The translations under genes and the position numbers were made by a program. From Patescibacteria group bacterium (GTDB taxonomy: Bacteria; Patescibacteriota; Microgenomatia; Curtissbacterales; GWA2-41-24), in the NCBI GenBank assembly GCA_038063735.1, contig JBBTUN010000001.1, positions 9,751 to 73,750 on the forward strand: a stretch of 64,000 bases of DNA. The letters are read 5' to 3'. Each line of letters begins with the position of its first letter. Positions within the stretch are counted from its first letter, which is position 1. Shown here piece by piece: positions 19,291 through 27,734 of the stretch. Below the pieces are notes generated by a model. The model had not been told where the DNA came from. It made no database searches and worked only from the letters and a program-made list of their open reading frames with translations.

Positions 19291-19881
19291 GTGAATTCAC
19301 GCAATTTCTTACTGTCCGTTGTTGCGGCAATATTAACAGCATTTTTTTTGCCTCCTACTTTGCAGGCTAAAGGCGTTGACATTCTTTCTAAATACCCTAC
19401 TTATTATATATATGTTGGTTATACAGCCCTTGCGGTGGTTGGGATGGTTGTTATGTACTATATCGGCAAGAAGTTGGCTATTTTGTGGCAGCTTTCTAAA
19501 TTCGGCTTGGTGGGAGTTTTAAATACGGCTATTGACTTCGGAATTTTAAATTATTTATCAACTTATACAGGGGTAACCGGAGGTTTGCAGCTTATTCCGA
19601 TTAAAGCCGTGTCGTTTTCGGTTGCTCTTGCCAATAGTTATTGGTGGAATAAAAATTGGGTGTTTGAGGGAAAGAAAAAGGCTAACCCATTAACGTTCGT
19701 GGTAGTCTCTACTATTGGGATTTCGGTGAACGTTGGTACTGTTTATATTTTAACAACTCTTATTCCCGCGCCGGCTGGTGTGTCTGCTAAGCTTTGGTTG
19801 AATATTGCTAACATCGGAGCCACATTTTTATCGCTTGTTTGGAACTTTTTGGGTTACAGGCTTGTTGTGTTTAAGAAATAA
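19291..19881 (+). CDS. GtrA family membrane protein
   Basis: KFGLVGVLNTAIDFGILNYL is the GtrA core. About four TM helices. Confidence 0.7.
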   Translation: MNSRNFLLSVVAAILTAFFLPPTLQAKGVDILSKYPTYYIYVGYTALAVVGMVVMYYIGKKLAILWQLSKFGLVGVLNTAIDFGILNYLSTYTGVTGGLQLIPIKAVSFSVALANSYWWNKNWVFEGKKKANPLTFVVVSTIGISVNVGTVYILTTLIPAPAGVSAKLWLNIANIGATFLSLVWNFLGYRLVVFKK

Positions 19882-19892
19882 GTTCTGATGTC

Positions 19893-19927
19893 ATCCTGAA
19901 CTTGATTCAGGATCTAGGTATTTTTTT
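19893..19927 (+). terminator. rho-independent terminator after the GtrA gene
   Basis: ATCCTGAA-cttga-TTCAGGAT followed by T9. Confidence 0.6.
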
Positions 19928-20472
19928 CATTTTGATAGATACAGTGAAAGTTTCTTTAATGCTTTTGCGCGGTGGGAAATTTTGTTTTTAAGTATTGGAT
20001 CTAGTTGGGCATAAGTTTTGTTGTATCCTGTTGGAATAAAAATTCTGTCAAAACCAAAACCGCTTTCTCCCTTGTTGGTTTTGGATAGAGTACCTTTTAC
20101 TACGCCTTTAAAGATTTTTAATTTTTGCCCGTCGTAAGCGCCAATGGCTGCAGTTACCGTTGTGTCTGATGAGTTTTTGCCGATTAGTTTTACTGTGCCT
20201 TCGGTGCCGATTTTCATCAGAAAAAATTTTATGAAAGTTCCCGGCAAGCCATTGAGTGCTTTTATTTCAAAGCTGATATCCTCAACAACCACGGGTTTTT
20301 TGACAATTTCGTAGGCTGCTTTTGCTTTTGCCTTAATTACTTTGTCTATATCTAGTGATTGGATTTCGTCAAGATCTAGTTCTTTAATTTTGATGTCAGG
20401 ACCTAAGATTTGTCTAATTTCCAAAGCTTTATTTTTATTGGAGGTGATGAAAGTAAAGTATTTAAGATTCAT
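19927..20472 (-). CDS. rdgB: RdgB/Ham1 family non-canonical purine NTP pyrophosphatase (dITP/XTP-ase)
   Basis: TSNKNKALEI, FGFDRIFIP and SHRAKAL motifs. Its start overlaps the RT stop by 4 nt (ATGA). Confidence 0.85.
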   Translation of the reverse strand: MNLKYFTFITSNKNKALEIRQILGPDIKIKELDLDEIQSLDIDKVIKAKAKAAYEIVKKPVVVEDISFEIKALNGLPGTFIKFFLMKIGTEGTVKLIGKNSSDTTVTAAIGAYDGQKLKIFKGVVKGTLSKTNKGESGFGFDRIFIPTGYNKTYAQLDPILKNKISHRAKALKKLSLYLSK

Positions 20473-21497
20473 GATTTTAAATAATAACTGTTTTTCAAGC
20501 TTTGTTGCAATTTAAAACTTTTTGCATGAGAAAAATAACCAAGATATGACTGTAGCGACTGATTCTCAATATACCTTTCTGCAACTTTCTTAAGAATTCT
20601 TCTTTTAGTTTTTGTCCTTGGCAAAGTATGATGAGGCAGGACAATATAGCCGCAAAAGTCGATTCCCCATTTTAACTTTCTCAAAGAGATTTTGTTCGGA
20701 TGAAGCTCCAGTTTTAACTGATCCTTTAAAAAATCGACAATTGAAACCAAATAACTATTTAGTTTTCCAACATCCGTATTAATAATAGTAAAGTCATCAG
20801 CGTAGCGCAGGTAATATTTGATTTTCAGATCGCGTTTGATAAACTGATCAAGTTCGTTCAAATAGATATTGGCAAAAATTTGGCTTGTTAAATTGCCAAG
20901 AGGAATACCTTTTCCAGAGCCTGCTTCTGAATGAAAACTATCTATAACTTCATCAATAAGGTTACTAATATTCTGGTCTTTTACTTTTTTGTACAGCAGG
21001 TTTTTTAAAATGTTATGGTCGATGGAATCGAAAAACTTTTTAATGTCTAGCTTCAAAGCCCAACATTCTCTTGTGTAATTATGGCTAACAATTCTTGCAA
21101 ACGTCTCCAGGCGCCTGACTGCTTTATGCGTCCCTTTTCCAGTTCTGCAAGAGTAAGAATCGCAGATGAACGTTTTATCATATATCTGGTAAAGATGTTT
21201 ATACAATAAATGGTGAAGAACCCTATCTGTCGCATTCGATTTATGGATATGCCTTCTTTTAGGGTCATTTACATAAAAATCTTTGTACGTGCCGTGTCTG
21301 TAAGTTTTATTTTTTAACCTATGGTGCAGGTCAAAAATATTATCTTCAAGATGAAGTTCGAGAATTTGTATATCATGCTTGCCATGTTTTCCCTTTTTAA
21401 ATTCTTCCCATGCTTGAAAAAGGTTTTCAATTGATATTAAACTGGAGTAAGTCATAACTTTTGAATTTTGCGTTTTGACATTTGAACTACTAAACAT
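20469..21497 (-). CDS. diversity-generating retroelement (DGR) reverse transcriptase
   Basis: RT motifs including YADDF. PLGNLTSQIFANIYL carries the DGR-typical [ILV]GxxxSQ in place of QGxxxSP. 342 aa. A cognate TR/VR pair lies nearby. Confidence 0.8.
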   Translation of the reverse strand: MFSSSNVKTQNSKVMTYSSLISIENLFQAWEEFKKGKHGKHDIQILELHLEDNIFDLHHRLKNKTYRHGTYKDFYVNDPKRRHIHKSNATDRVLHHLLYKHLYQIYDKTFICDSYSCRTGKGTHKAVRRLETFARIVSHNYTRECWALKLDIKKFFDSIDHNILKNLLYKKVKDQNISNLIDEVIDSFHSEAGSGKGIPLGNLTSQIFANIYLNELDQFIKRDLKIKYYLRYADDFTIINTDVGKLNSYLVSIVDFLKDQLKLELHPNKISLRKLKWGIDFCGYIVLPHHTLPRTKTKRRILKKVAERYIENQSLQSYLGYFSHAKSFKLQQSLKNSYYLKS

Positions 21498-21859
21498 GCC
21501 CCCCCCCCACGGACTTTGCGCCTGATATCCCCATATTTTCCAAACTTTACGACTTTTACAAAAATCTAAGTGGGGAAATTGAAAAATTCCCCAAGACTAA
21601 ACGTTATGGTCTGGGAGCAAAGCTTGATCAGATCGCGCTTGAGCTAATTGAGCTTATCGTGCGGGCAAGCTACTTGCAGCGCGAGCAGAAATTGCCTGTT
21701 CTGGAAAAATCTGTTATATCTGCCGATATTCTTAAGATACTATTAAGACTTGCTAAAGATACCAAAGCGATTGACAATAAAAAATACTTACAGCTAGAAA
21801 GTAATCTTCAGGAAATCGGCCGCATGATTGGCGGCTGGAAACGCTCAATAACAAAGTAA
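21496..21859 (+). CDS. avd: Avd (DGR accessory variability determinant, four-helix-bundle protein); reading frame interrupted by a C10 homopolymer
   Basis: The frame from 21500 to 21859 encodes ...YDFYKNLSGEIEKFPKTKRYGLGAKLDQIALELIELIV...LQEIGRMIGGWKRSITK, which is bAvd-like (compare ...EVGRILGSWIAR). ATG at 21496 is in frame only if the run is C9. As assembled (C10) the ATG frame stops at 21525, and the first in-frame start is GTG at 21659. Confidence 0.55.
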
Positions 21860-21917
21860 AGTTAAGGGAGATACTACAAACAGATCGCAATACCTCCCTT
21901 AAAATACAATTGCAAAA

Positions 21918-22038
21918 TACTCCCGAGGAACGTCCACCAAGATTCGAATTGTGATTGTCAGCGTTCAGATTCGAATTGACGTTCAAGTTGCCGTCACTGT
22001 TGAAGTTCGCATTGATCATGCGACCGTCGTTACGGGAA
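21918..22038 (-). repeat. DGR template repeat (TR), 121 bp, sense on the minus strand
   Basis: Identical to 22414-22534 except at 24 positions, and at every one of them the TR has A on the minus strand. Rich in AAC codons (the spurious ORF 21753..22046). Confidence 0.85.
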
Positions 22039-22401
22039 CCGACCACTAAATTTGCTTTGTGCCATCAGTAGTCACTGCGCCTTCACTTAGATTAGCCAAG
22101 TGTTACCGCTGTATTTTATTTGGAAGCAGCCCTTTGAGTGAACGAAGAACATCTTCACAAGCACAAAACAAGGAGTTTCTTGCTTCTCTATTGCAACGCT
22201 CTAAGCATCCGTGAATGCTTAGATTCTGGCAACTATTTTGAAAATCAAGGATTTTGGTGACCTAAAACCGTAGTTTCAGATGCATTAACCTAATCTCGGA
22301 GTTAGTATAAAAGAGAACTTATTTTCTCACAAGCTCGAAAATTAAAAAAAATTCGAAAAGAACAAAGTTTAAAGAATAAAAAAGTATAAAGGGTCAAAGG
22401 C

Positions 22402-23163
22402 TTAAGCTTTCTTTACTCCCGAGGAACGCCCACCAAGAAGCGAATGGTGATTGTCAGCGCGCAGACCCGAAGCGACGCGCAAGCTGCCGTCACCGCCGAA
22501 GCCCGCAACGACCATGCGACCGCCGCCACGGGAAGCAAGTCGAACCCATGTGCTTACTTCATCTAAATATTTTCCTGTAAATAGCTTACTGTCCTGGCCA
22601 GCAACAATGTATTGGTTAAGATTAAGTATTGTTCTGCCGTCCTTTTTTATTCTTTCCATGAGCTCCTTTTCTTTAGTGTCAAGGTAAGGTGCGTCAATTG
22701 CAGCTTCGTAATCAAAATAGCCCGATGGGTTTTCGTCATTAGTTACAGAATTGCCTTCTTGGACACTGTGACTTTGCATTTTTGGAAACATTTCGCCCAA
22801 AAGATGACGAGTTTCTTGAGTTGCTACTGCTTGTGGAAGAACACCAACTCTGATATTTCTCTTCTCACGTTCTTTCAATTCTTTTTCACTGAGAGGACAC
22901 TGAGCAATATCGAAAGTTACACCAATAAGTTTGCCTCGAGCTTCCCAAATTCGACCAAATGTGTTGGTAACTGCATCTGGAGTATCTAGTTTAAATTCCG
23001 TGACCCCTTCCGCTTTGGGTACAGAAGTTCTTTGGCCATTGTCAAAATGTTCAGGTGCGCCAAGTTGTCTTGCAAGCTGCGCGTTTGCATTAAGGAAGGC
23101 ACGGAGGTGCTTAAATTGATCTCCTTTGAATTCTCCGGCTAATTTTTCTATGTCTGCTGACAT
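22402..23163 (-). CDS. DGR target (variable) protein, 253 aa, VR-encoded C-terminus
   Basis: The C-terminal ...WVRLASRGGGRMVVAGFGGDGSLRVASGLRADNHHSLLGGRSSGVKKA is encoded by the VR. No obvious signal peptide. Noticeably GC-richer than its surroundings. Confidence 0.75.
   Translation of the reverse strand: MSADIEKLAGEFKGDQFKHLRAFLNANAQLARQLGAPEHFDNGQRTSVPKAEGVTEFKLDTPDAVTNTFGRIWEARGKLIGVTFDIAQCPLSEKELKEREKRNIRVGVLPQAVATQETRHLLGEMFPKMQSHSVQEGNSVTNDENPSGYFDYEAAIDAPYLDTKEKELMERIKKDGRTILNLNQYIVAGQDSKLFTGKYLDEVSTWVRLASRGGGRMVVAGFGGDGSLRVASGLRADNHHSLLGGRSSGVKKA
22414..22534 (-). repeat. DGR variable repeat (VR) at the 3' end of the target gene
   Basis: Counterpart of the TR. All 24 differences fall at TR adenines. 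Ends 12 nt before the target gene stop. Confidence 0.85.
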
Positions 23164-23219
23164 GATAAGAGCGAATTATACAGTGCTATAGGTCTTTTGT
23201 CAAGCATGAAATGCGCTTT

Positions 23220-24761
23220 TTACTCATACTCAATAGTTGCCGGAGGTTTTTGGGTGATGTCGTAAAGGACGCGATTGACGCCACGTACTTCGTTGACAAT
23301 CCGACTTGATACTTTTTCCAAAAAAGCGGGTGGGAATTTGGTCCAATCTGCTGTCATAAAGTCGGTAGTGTCGACCGACCTGAGACTGACAATGTACGAA
23401 TAAGTACGCGCGTCGCCCATGACGCCGACAGACTTTATGGGAAGAAGTGCAGCAAAGGCTTGGCCGACTTTATTATATAAACCGCTTGATTTCAGTTCGG
23501 AAATAAAGATATCGTCAACTTCGCGAAGAATTGCCAAGCGTTCTTCCGTCACCTCTCCAAGTATTCTTATGGCAAGTGCCGGCCCGGGGAAAGGGTGTCT
23601 TTGGATAAACTTCTGAGGGATTTTCAAAAGTAAACCGATTTTCCTGACTTCATCTTTATAAAGGTCTGCGAGCGGTTCGATAAGTTTTAATTTTAGAGAA
23701 TCTGGTAAGGTTACGTTGTGGTGACTTTTTATTTTATCCGCGTGCTTATTAGGCTGAGCAGATTCGATGCGGTCTGGATAAATTGTTCCTTGTCCTAAAA
23801 ACTTGACCTGCCTGCCGGCAGGCGAGGCGTCCTTGATTTTTTCGGCCTCATTTTCAAAAACTTTAAAATATTCCCGAGCAATTACTTTTCTCTTTTCTTC
23901 CGGGTCTACGATGTCGCTTAATGCTTTTAGAAATATTTTTGAGGCGTTTATCGTGGTGAAGTTTTTAAAGCCACCGCAATTAATTATTTTTTTAACTTCT
24001 TCAACTTCATTTTTGCGCATCAAGCCAGTGTCGATAAAAATCAGATGGAGATTGTTGGGTGCGGCAATTTTGATTAAAGTTGCTGCAACAAGCGAGTCAA
24101 CTCCACCGGAAACGGCCATAATTGAATTTTGGCGGCCGACTTTTTGTCGAATTTCTTTAATTATCGAGTCTTTAACTTGTCCAAGATCCCAATCCTTTTT
24201 TACTTTTGAGATATCAAAGAGGAAGTTCTTTAAAACTGTTGTGCCTTTTTGGGTATGGGTAACCTCCGGATGAAATTGAATTCCAAAGATTTTTCTTGAC
24301 AGGTTTTGCTGGCCTGCGAGTTTAGCTGACTTTGTGGAGGCAATACACTCAAAACCTGCAGGAAGTGTGTTGACCTGGTCTCCATGGGAAAACCAAACTA
24401 TTTCTTTTTTCGATAATCCTTTAAAAAGCGGTGACTTGCCTATTTCCAGACTTTCTTTTCCAAATTGTTTTGTTTTTCCGGGAGATACTTTCCCGTTTAG
24501 TTGATGGGCAATTAGCTGGTGGCCATAGCAAATGCCTAAAATCGGGATGTTAAGACCGTAGATTTTTGTATCTGGATGCGGGGCATTTTTTTCATAGACG
24601 GAAAATGGGCTTCCGGAAAAAATTATAGCTGTGGGAGAGAGCTTTTTGAGATCTTCTATCTTAATTTCAGGGTTTACCAGTTCGCTTTTTACCCCGAGTT
24701 CCCTTACGCGTCTTGCAATAAGATGTGCGTATTGTCCACCAAAGTTAATTACCGCAACCAT
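23220..24761 (-). CDS. guaA: GMP synthase (glutamine-hydrolysing)
   Basis: GATase N-terminus (VINFGGQYAHLIARRVRELG), a PP-loop (SGGVDS) and the conserved C-terminus. 513 aa. Confidence 0.9.
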   Translation of the reverse strand: MVAVINFGGQYAHLIARRVRELGVKSELVNPEIKIEDLKKLSPTAIIFSGSPFSVYEKNAPHPDTKIYGLNIPILGICYGHQLIAHQLNGKVSPGKTKQFGKESLEIGKSPLFKGLSKKEIVWFSHGDQVNTLPAGFECIASTKSAKLAGQQNLSRKIFGIQFHPEVTHTQKGTTVLKNFLFDISKVKKDWDLGQVKDSIIKEIRQKVGRQNSIMAVSGGVDSLVAATLIKIAAPNNLHLIFIDTGLMRKNEVEEVKKIINCGGFKNFTTINASKIFLKALSDIVDPEEKRKVIAREYFKVFENEAEKIKDASPAGRQVKFLGQGTIYPDRIESAQPNKHADKIKSHHNVTLPDSLKLKLIEPLADLYKDEVRKIGLLLKIPQKFIQRHPFPGPALAIRILGEVTEERLAILREVDDIFISELKSSGLYNKVGQAFAALLPIKSVGVMGDARTYSYIVSLRSVDTTDFMTADWTKFPPAFLEKVSSRIVNEVRGVNRVLYDITQKPPATIEYE

Positions 24762-24791
24762 AGATGATTATATCAAAATTTCCACCCCGGA

Positions 24792-25763
24792 TCAGAGAAG
24801 TTTTTCTAGACTTTCTTTGATTCTTTCTGTGGGAGTTTTGGCGAGATCTATGTCGAAGCTAGTTTTAGTTAATTTTTCAAAAACTTCCATGTAGCGGGTG
24901 GCAATTTTTACTATTAAATCATTGGGCATTAGGGGTGGTTTACCGCGACCGGAATAACCCTCTTTGGCAAACCAAAGCCGCATGAATTCCTTGTCGTAGT
25001 TTTCCGGTTCTTCTCCGGCTTTAACTTTCTGTTTGTATGTTTTTGCAACCCAAAGTCGGCTTGAATCCGGAGTATGGACTTCATCTATCAAAATAAGCTT
25101 TCCTTTTTTATCAAGACCAAATTCATATTTAGTATCGGCAAGAATAAGGCCTGCTTTGGCATAAAGAGCTGTGCCTCTGTTAAAAATCTTGAGCGCCGCA
25201 TCTTCCACTTGTTTCCAAACTTTTTGGCTGACCAATCCTTTTTGGACAATTTCTTTTGCAGTAATCGGTTCATCGTGGCCACCCTTTCCGGTCGCCCTGG
25301 TAGTTGGTGTGATTACGGGTTTTACCAGTTTTTGATTTTTGGAAAGGCCATCCGGAAATCTGATGCCGTAGATCACTCTACTGCCTGCCTGGTAATTTTT
25401 CCAAAGCGAAGTGTCGGTAACGCCGGTAATATACGCACGGACAACTACTTCAACCGGCAGGGCTTGTACTTCGGAAACCAGCATAATATTGGGGTCGATG
25501 ACGCCAATCATGTGGTTTTGGATAATATCCCTAGTATTTTGAAACCAAAATTCGGAAATTTTATTTAAAACAGCGCCACGAAAAGGAATAAGACCAAGGA
25601 CCCTATCAAAAGCCGAAATTCGGTCAGTTGCAACCAAAACTCTGATGCTATTTAGAGAGTACCAGTCCCGGACTTTACCGCTTTGTCTTTTACCGAGGCC
25701 TTTGACTTCTGTGTTTTTGAGGGCAAGCGGTATCCATTTTTCGATTGTTTTAGTAGGAATCAC
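24792..25763 (-). CDS. purC: SAICAR synthetase (long form)
   Basis: LILIDEVHTPDSSRLW and other PurC blocks. Confidence 0.85.
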   Translation of the reverse strand: MIPTKTIEKWIPLALKNTEVKGLGKRQSGKVRDWYSLNSIRVLVATDRISAFDRVLGLIPFRGAVLNKISEFWFQNTRDIIQNHMIGVIDPNIMLVSEVQALPVEVVVRAYITGVTDTSLWKNYQAGSRVIYGIRFPDGLSKNQKLVKPVITPTTRATGKGGHDEPITAKEIVQKGLVSQKVWKQVEDAALKIFNRGTALYAKAGLILADTKYEFGLDKKGKLILIDEVHTPDSSRLWVAKTYKQKVKAGEEPENYDKEFMRLWFAKEGYSGRGKPPLMPNDLIVKIATRYMEVFEKLTKTSFDIDLAKTPTERIKESLEKLL

Positions 25764-26281
25764 TTCTTTTGGTTTTGATATTTTTTATAACCTTCTGTTT
25801 TCAGCTTTTGGGATTTTTCCCACACACTTTTTACCATATTTTTTTTGTATTCTTCAAGTTTTTGCGAGATACCGGGGTTGGAAAGCGCTAAAATTTGCGC
25901 GGCTAAGATGGCAGCATTTTGGGCTCCATTTATACCAACTGTTGCAACAGGAACACCTGGAGGCATTTGAACCATGGAAAGCAAAGAGTCCAATCCTTCT
26001 AAGGATTTTGATTTTATGGGTACACCGATTACGGGCAAGGTTGTAAGAGAAGCAATGGACCCCGGGAGAGCTGCAGCCCCGCCAGCAGCTGCGATTATAA
26101 CTTTTACACCAATGCTCTTGGCTTTTTGGGCAAAGTCTGCAGTTTCTTTTGGTGACCTGTGGGTTGAGAGAATGTCTAGTTCATATGGAATTTGCAACTT
26201 CTCCAGAAATTCGGCAGCATCGGCCATAACTTCCAAATCGGAATCAGATCCCATTATTATGGCTACTTCGGCTTTTTTCAT
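25760..26281 (-). CDS. purE: N5-CAIR mutase / AIR carboxylase catalytic subunit
   Basis: VAIIMGSDSDL and AAGGAAALPG. Confidence 0.85.
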   Translation of the reverse strand: MKKAEVAIIMGSDSDLEVMADAAEFLEKLQIPYELDILSTHRSPKETADFAQKAKSIGVKVIIAAAGGAAALPGSIASLTTLPVIGVPIKSKSLEGLDSLLSMVQMPPGVPVATVGINGAQNAAILAAQILALSNPGISQKLEEYKKNMVKSVWEKSQKLKTEGYKKYQNQKK

Positions 26282-26348
26282 TTTAAAATATTGATCGATA
26301 TTCTATCTTTTTTTAGTAAAAGTACCAAGAGGTAAGTTGTATTACATT

Positions 26349-27734
26349 TCATAAGTTTTGTCTTATTTTCTGGACAGTTTCTGCGGCTTTTTTAGGTGCA
26401 TAGCCTATATGTGTTTTGTAGTTTGATAAATTTTCTATTTCGGTAGCTTTTAGATATTTTAAGATTTTTTTATCCTGTTTTAAATTTTTAAAAAGATTAT
26501 TTTCACCTGTTTTTAGCATTTCGTCATAAACTTTCATAGAATGAAGTCTTAATATTTCGTGCATCTCCTGCCTACTTGCCCCGTTTTTCGTGCTTTTTAA
26601 TAGAATTGCTTCCAGGGCAGAAAATGGTCCAAATTGAGCCAGGTTTTTTTCTATATTTTTATTGTTTATGACTAAGTCTTTGACTATGGAACTGGTGATT
26701 GTAAGGATTTCGTCGAGTGCTAAGAAGCTGTCCGGTATCACAAGACGGCGGGATGCGGAATCGTCAAGCGTTCTTTCTAAAAGAGAGTTTGCTGCATTGT
26801 CCCAAGCGACTCGTGAAAGTGTTGCTATATAGCGGGCAAGGGAGCAAATACGTTCGGAATTTTGCGGGTTTCTTTTGAAAGGCATTGCAGACGACCCAAC
26901 TTGTTTTTCCCCAAAAGGTTCGGCGAGCTCCCCAAAGGGTGAAGATTGTAATATCCGCATGTCAAACGCAAATTTATTTAAGCTTTGGGCAATGGAGGAA
27001 AGAAGCGTCAGGACTAAAAAATCCAGCTTTCTTGGGTAAACCTGGCCAGTGATATCAAACGCTTCAATTCCTAAGTCTGTCAGCACATACTCTTCTAGTT
27101 TTTGTGCTTTTTTACCAAGAAGGGAGACATAACTTGCGCTATTTCCAACTGCTCCTTTCATACCTTTGCCCTTTATTTGTTTTTTTACATAATTTAGAAG
27201 TTCTAAGTCCATCAATAGATCCTGCGCGTAATAACTAAACCGATAACCCAAGGTAGTGGGTTCTGCGGGTTGAAGATGTGTGTAGGCCATGCAAACTAAG
27301 TTTTTGTTGGCATCTATTTTTTTGGCCCAGTTCGACAATAAATTTTTTAATTGTTTTTCTATGATTTCAAGCGCTGCTTTAAAGTTGATTGCGTCTGCAT
27401 TATCTTCAATGTCTTGAGATGTAGCCCCCAAGTGGATTTTTCCTCCTCCTATTTTTGCCTGGGCAGCGTATGTCATAACTTCTGCCATAAGGTCGTGTTT
27501 TAGGTCATGCTCAAATTTGTGGGCTGAATCTATGTCAATATTATTTTGATTTTTTACGATGTCTTCTAATTCGGCTTTGGAAACCAGCCCCATTTGGTTC
27601 TGAGCACGAGCCAAGGCAGCCCAGACTTTTCTCCACGTTTTTCTTTTATTAACTTCGGAAAATATTTGGCGCATTTTTACAGATCCATAGCGCCAGGAAA
27701 AGGGGGATTGATAACTGTCGTAAAAATTACTCAT
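26349..27734 (-). CDS. purB: adenylosuccinate lyase
   Basis: GATSQDIEDNA and SSAMPFKRNP signature. Confidence 0.85.
   Translation of the reverse strand: MSNFYDSYQSPFSWRYGSVKMRQIFSEVNKRKTWRKVWAALARAQNQMGLVSKAELEDIVKNQNNIDIDSAHKFEHDLKHDLMAEVMTYAAQAKIGGGKIHLGATSQDIEDNADAINFKAALEIIEKQLKNLLSNWAKKIDANKNLVCMAYTHLQPAEPTTLGYRFSYYAQDLLMDLELLNYVKKQIKGKGMKGAVGNSASYVSLLGKKAQKLEEYVLTDLGIEAFDITGQVYPRKLDFLVLTLLSSIAQSLNKFAFDMRILQSSPFGELAEPFGEKQVGSSAMPFKRNPQNSERICSLARYIATLSRVAWDNAANSLLERTLDDSASRRLVIPDSFLALDEILTITSSIVKDLVINNKNIEKNLAQFGPFSALEAILLKSTKNGASRQEMHEILRLHSMKVYDEMLKTGENNLFKNLKQDKKILKYLKATEIENLSNYKTHIGYAPKKAAETVQKIRQNL

Noticed and set aside
12927-19881. The accessory-looking block (DUF3048, TM proteins, ComM, metzincin, nuclease, GtrA) as a defence island
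   Set aside because: The genes are individually housekeeping or envelope-type with mixed orientations, and there are no recognisable defence-system cores (no HEPN partner, RM, Cas, or Abi signatures). It is treated instead as a loose surface/DNA-scavenging neighbourhood.
21499-21508. C10 homopolymer as a purely biological signal
   Set aside because: Not rejected outright, but a homopolymer sequencing or assembly error is an equally simple explanation for the avd frameshift, so it is reported as a hypothesis only.
21753-22046. 97-aa minus-strand ORF (MVGSRNDGRMINANFNSDGNLNVNSNLNADNHNS...)
   Set aside because: It is the DGR template repeat read in the same frame as the VR. TRs are non-coding, and the Asn/AAC richness is the DGR hallmark, not a real protein.
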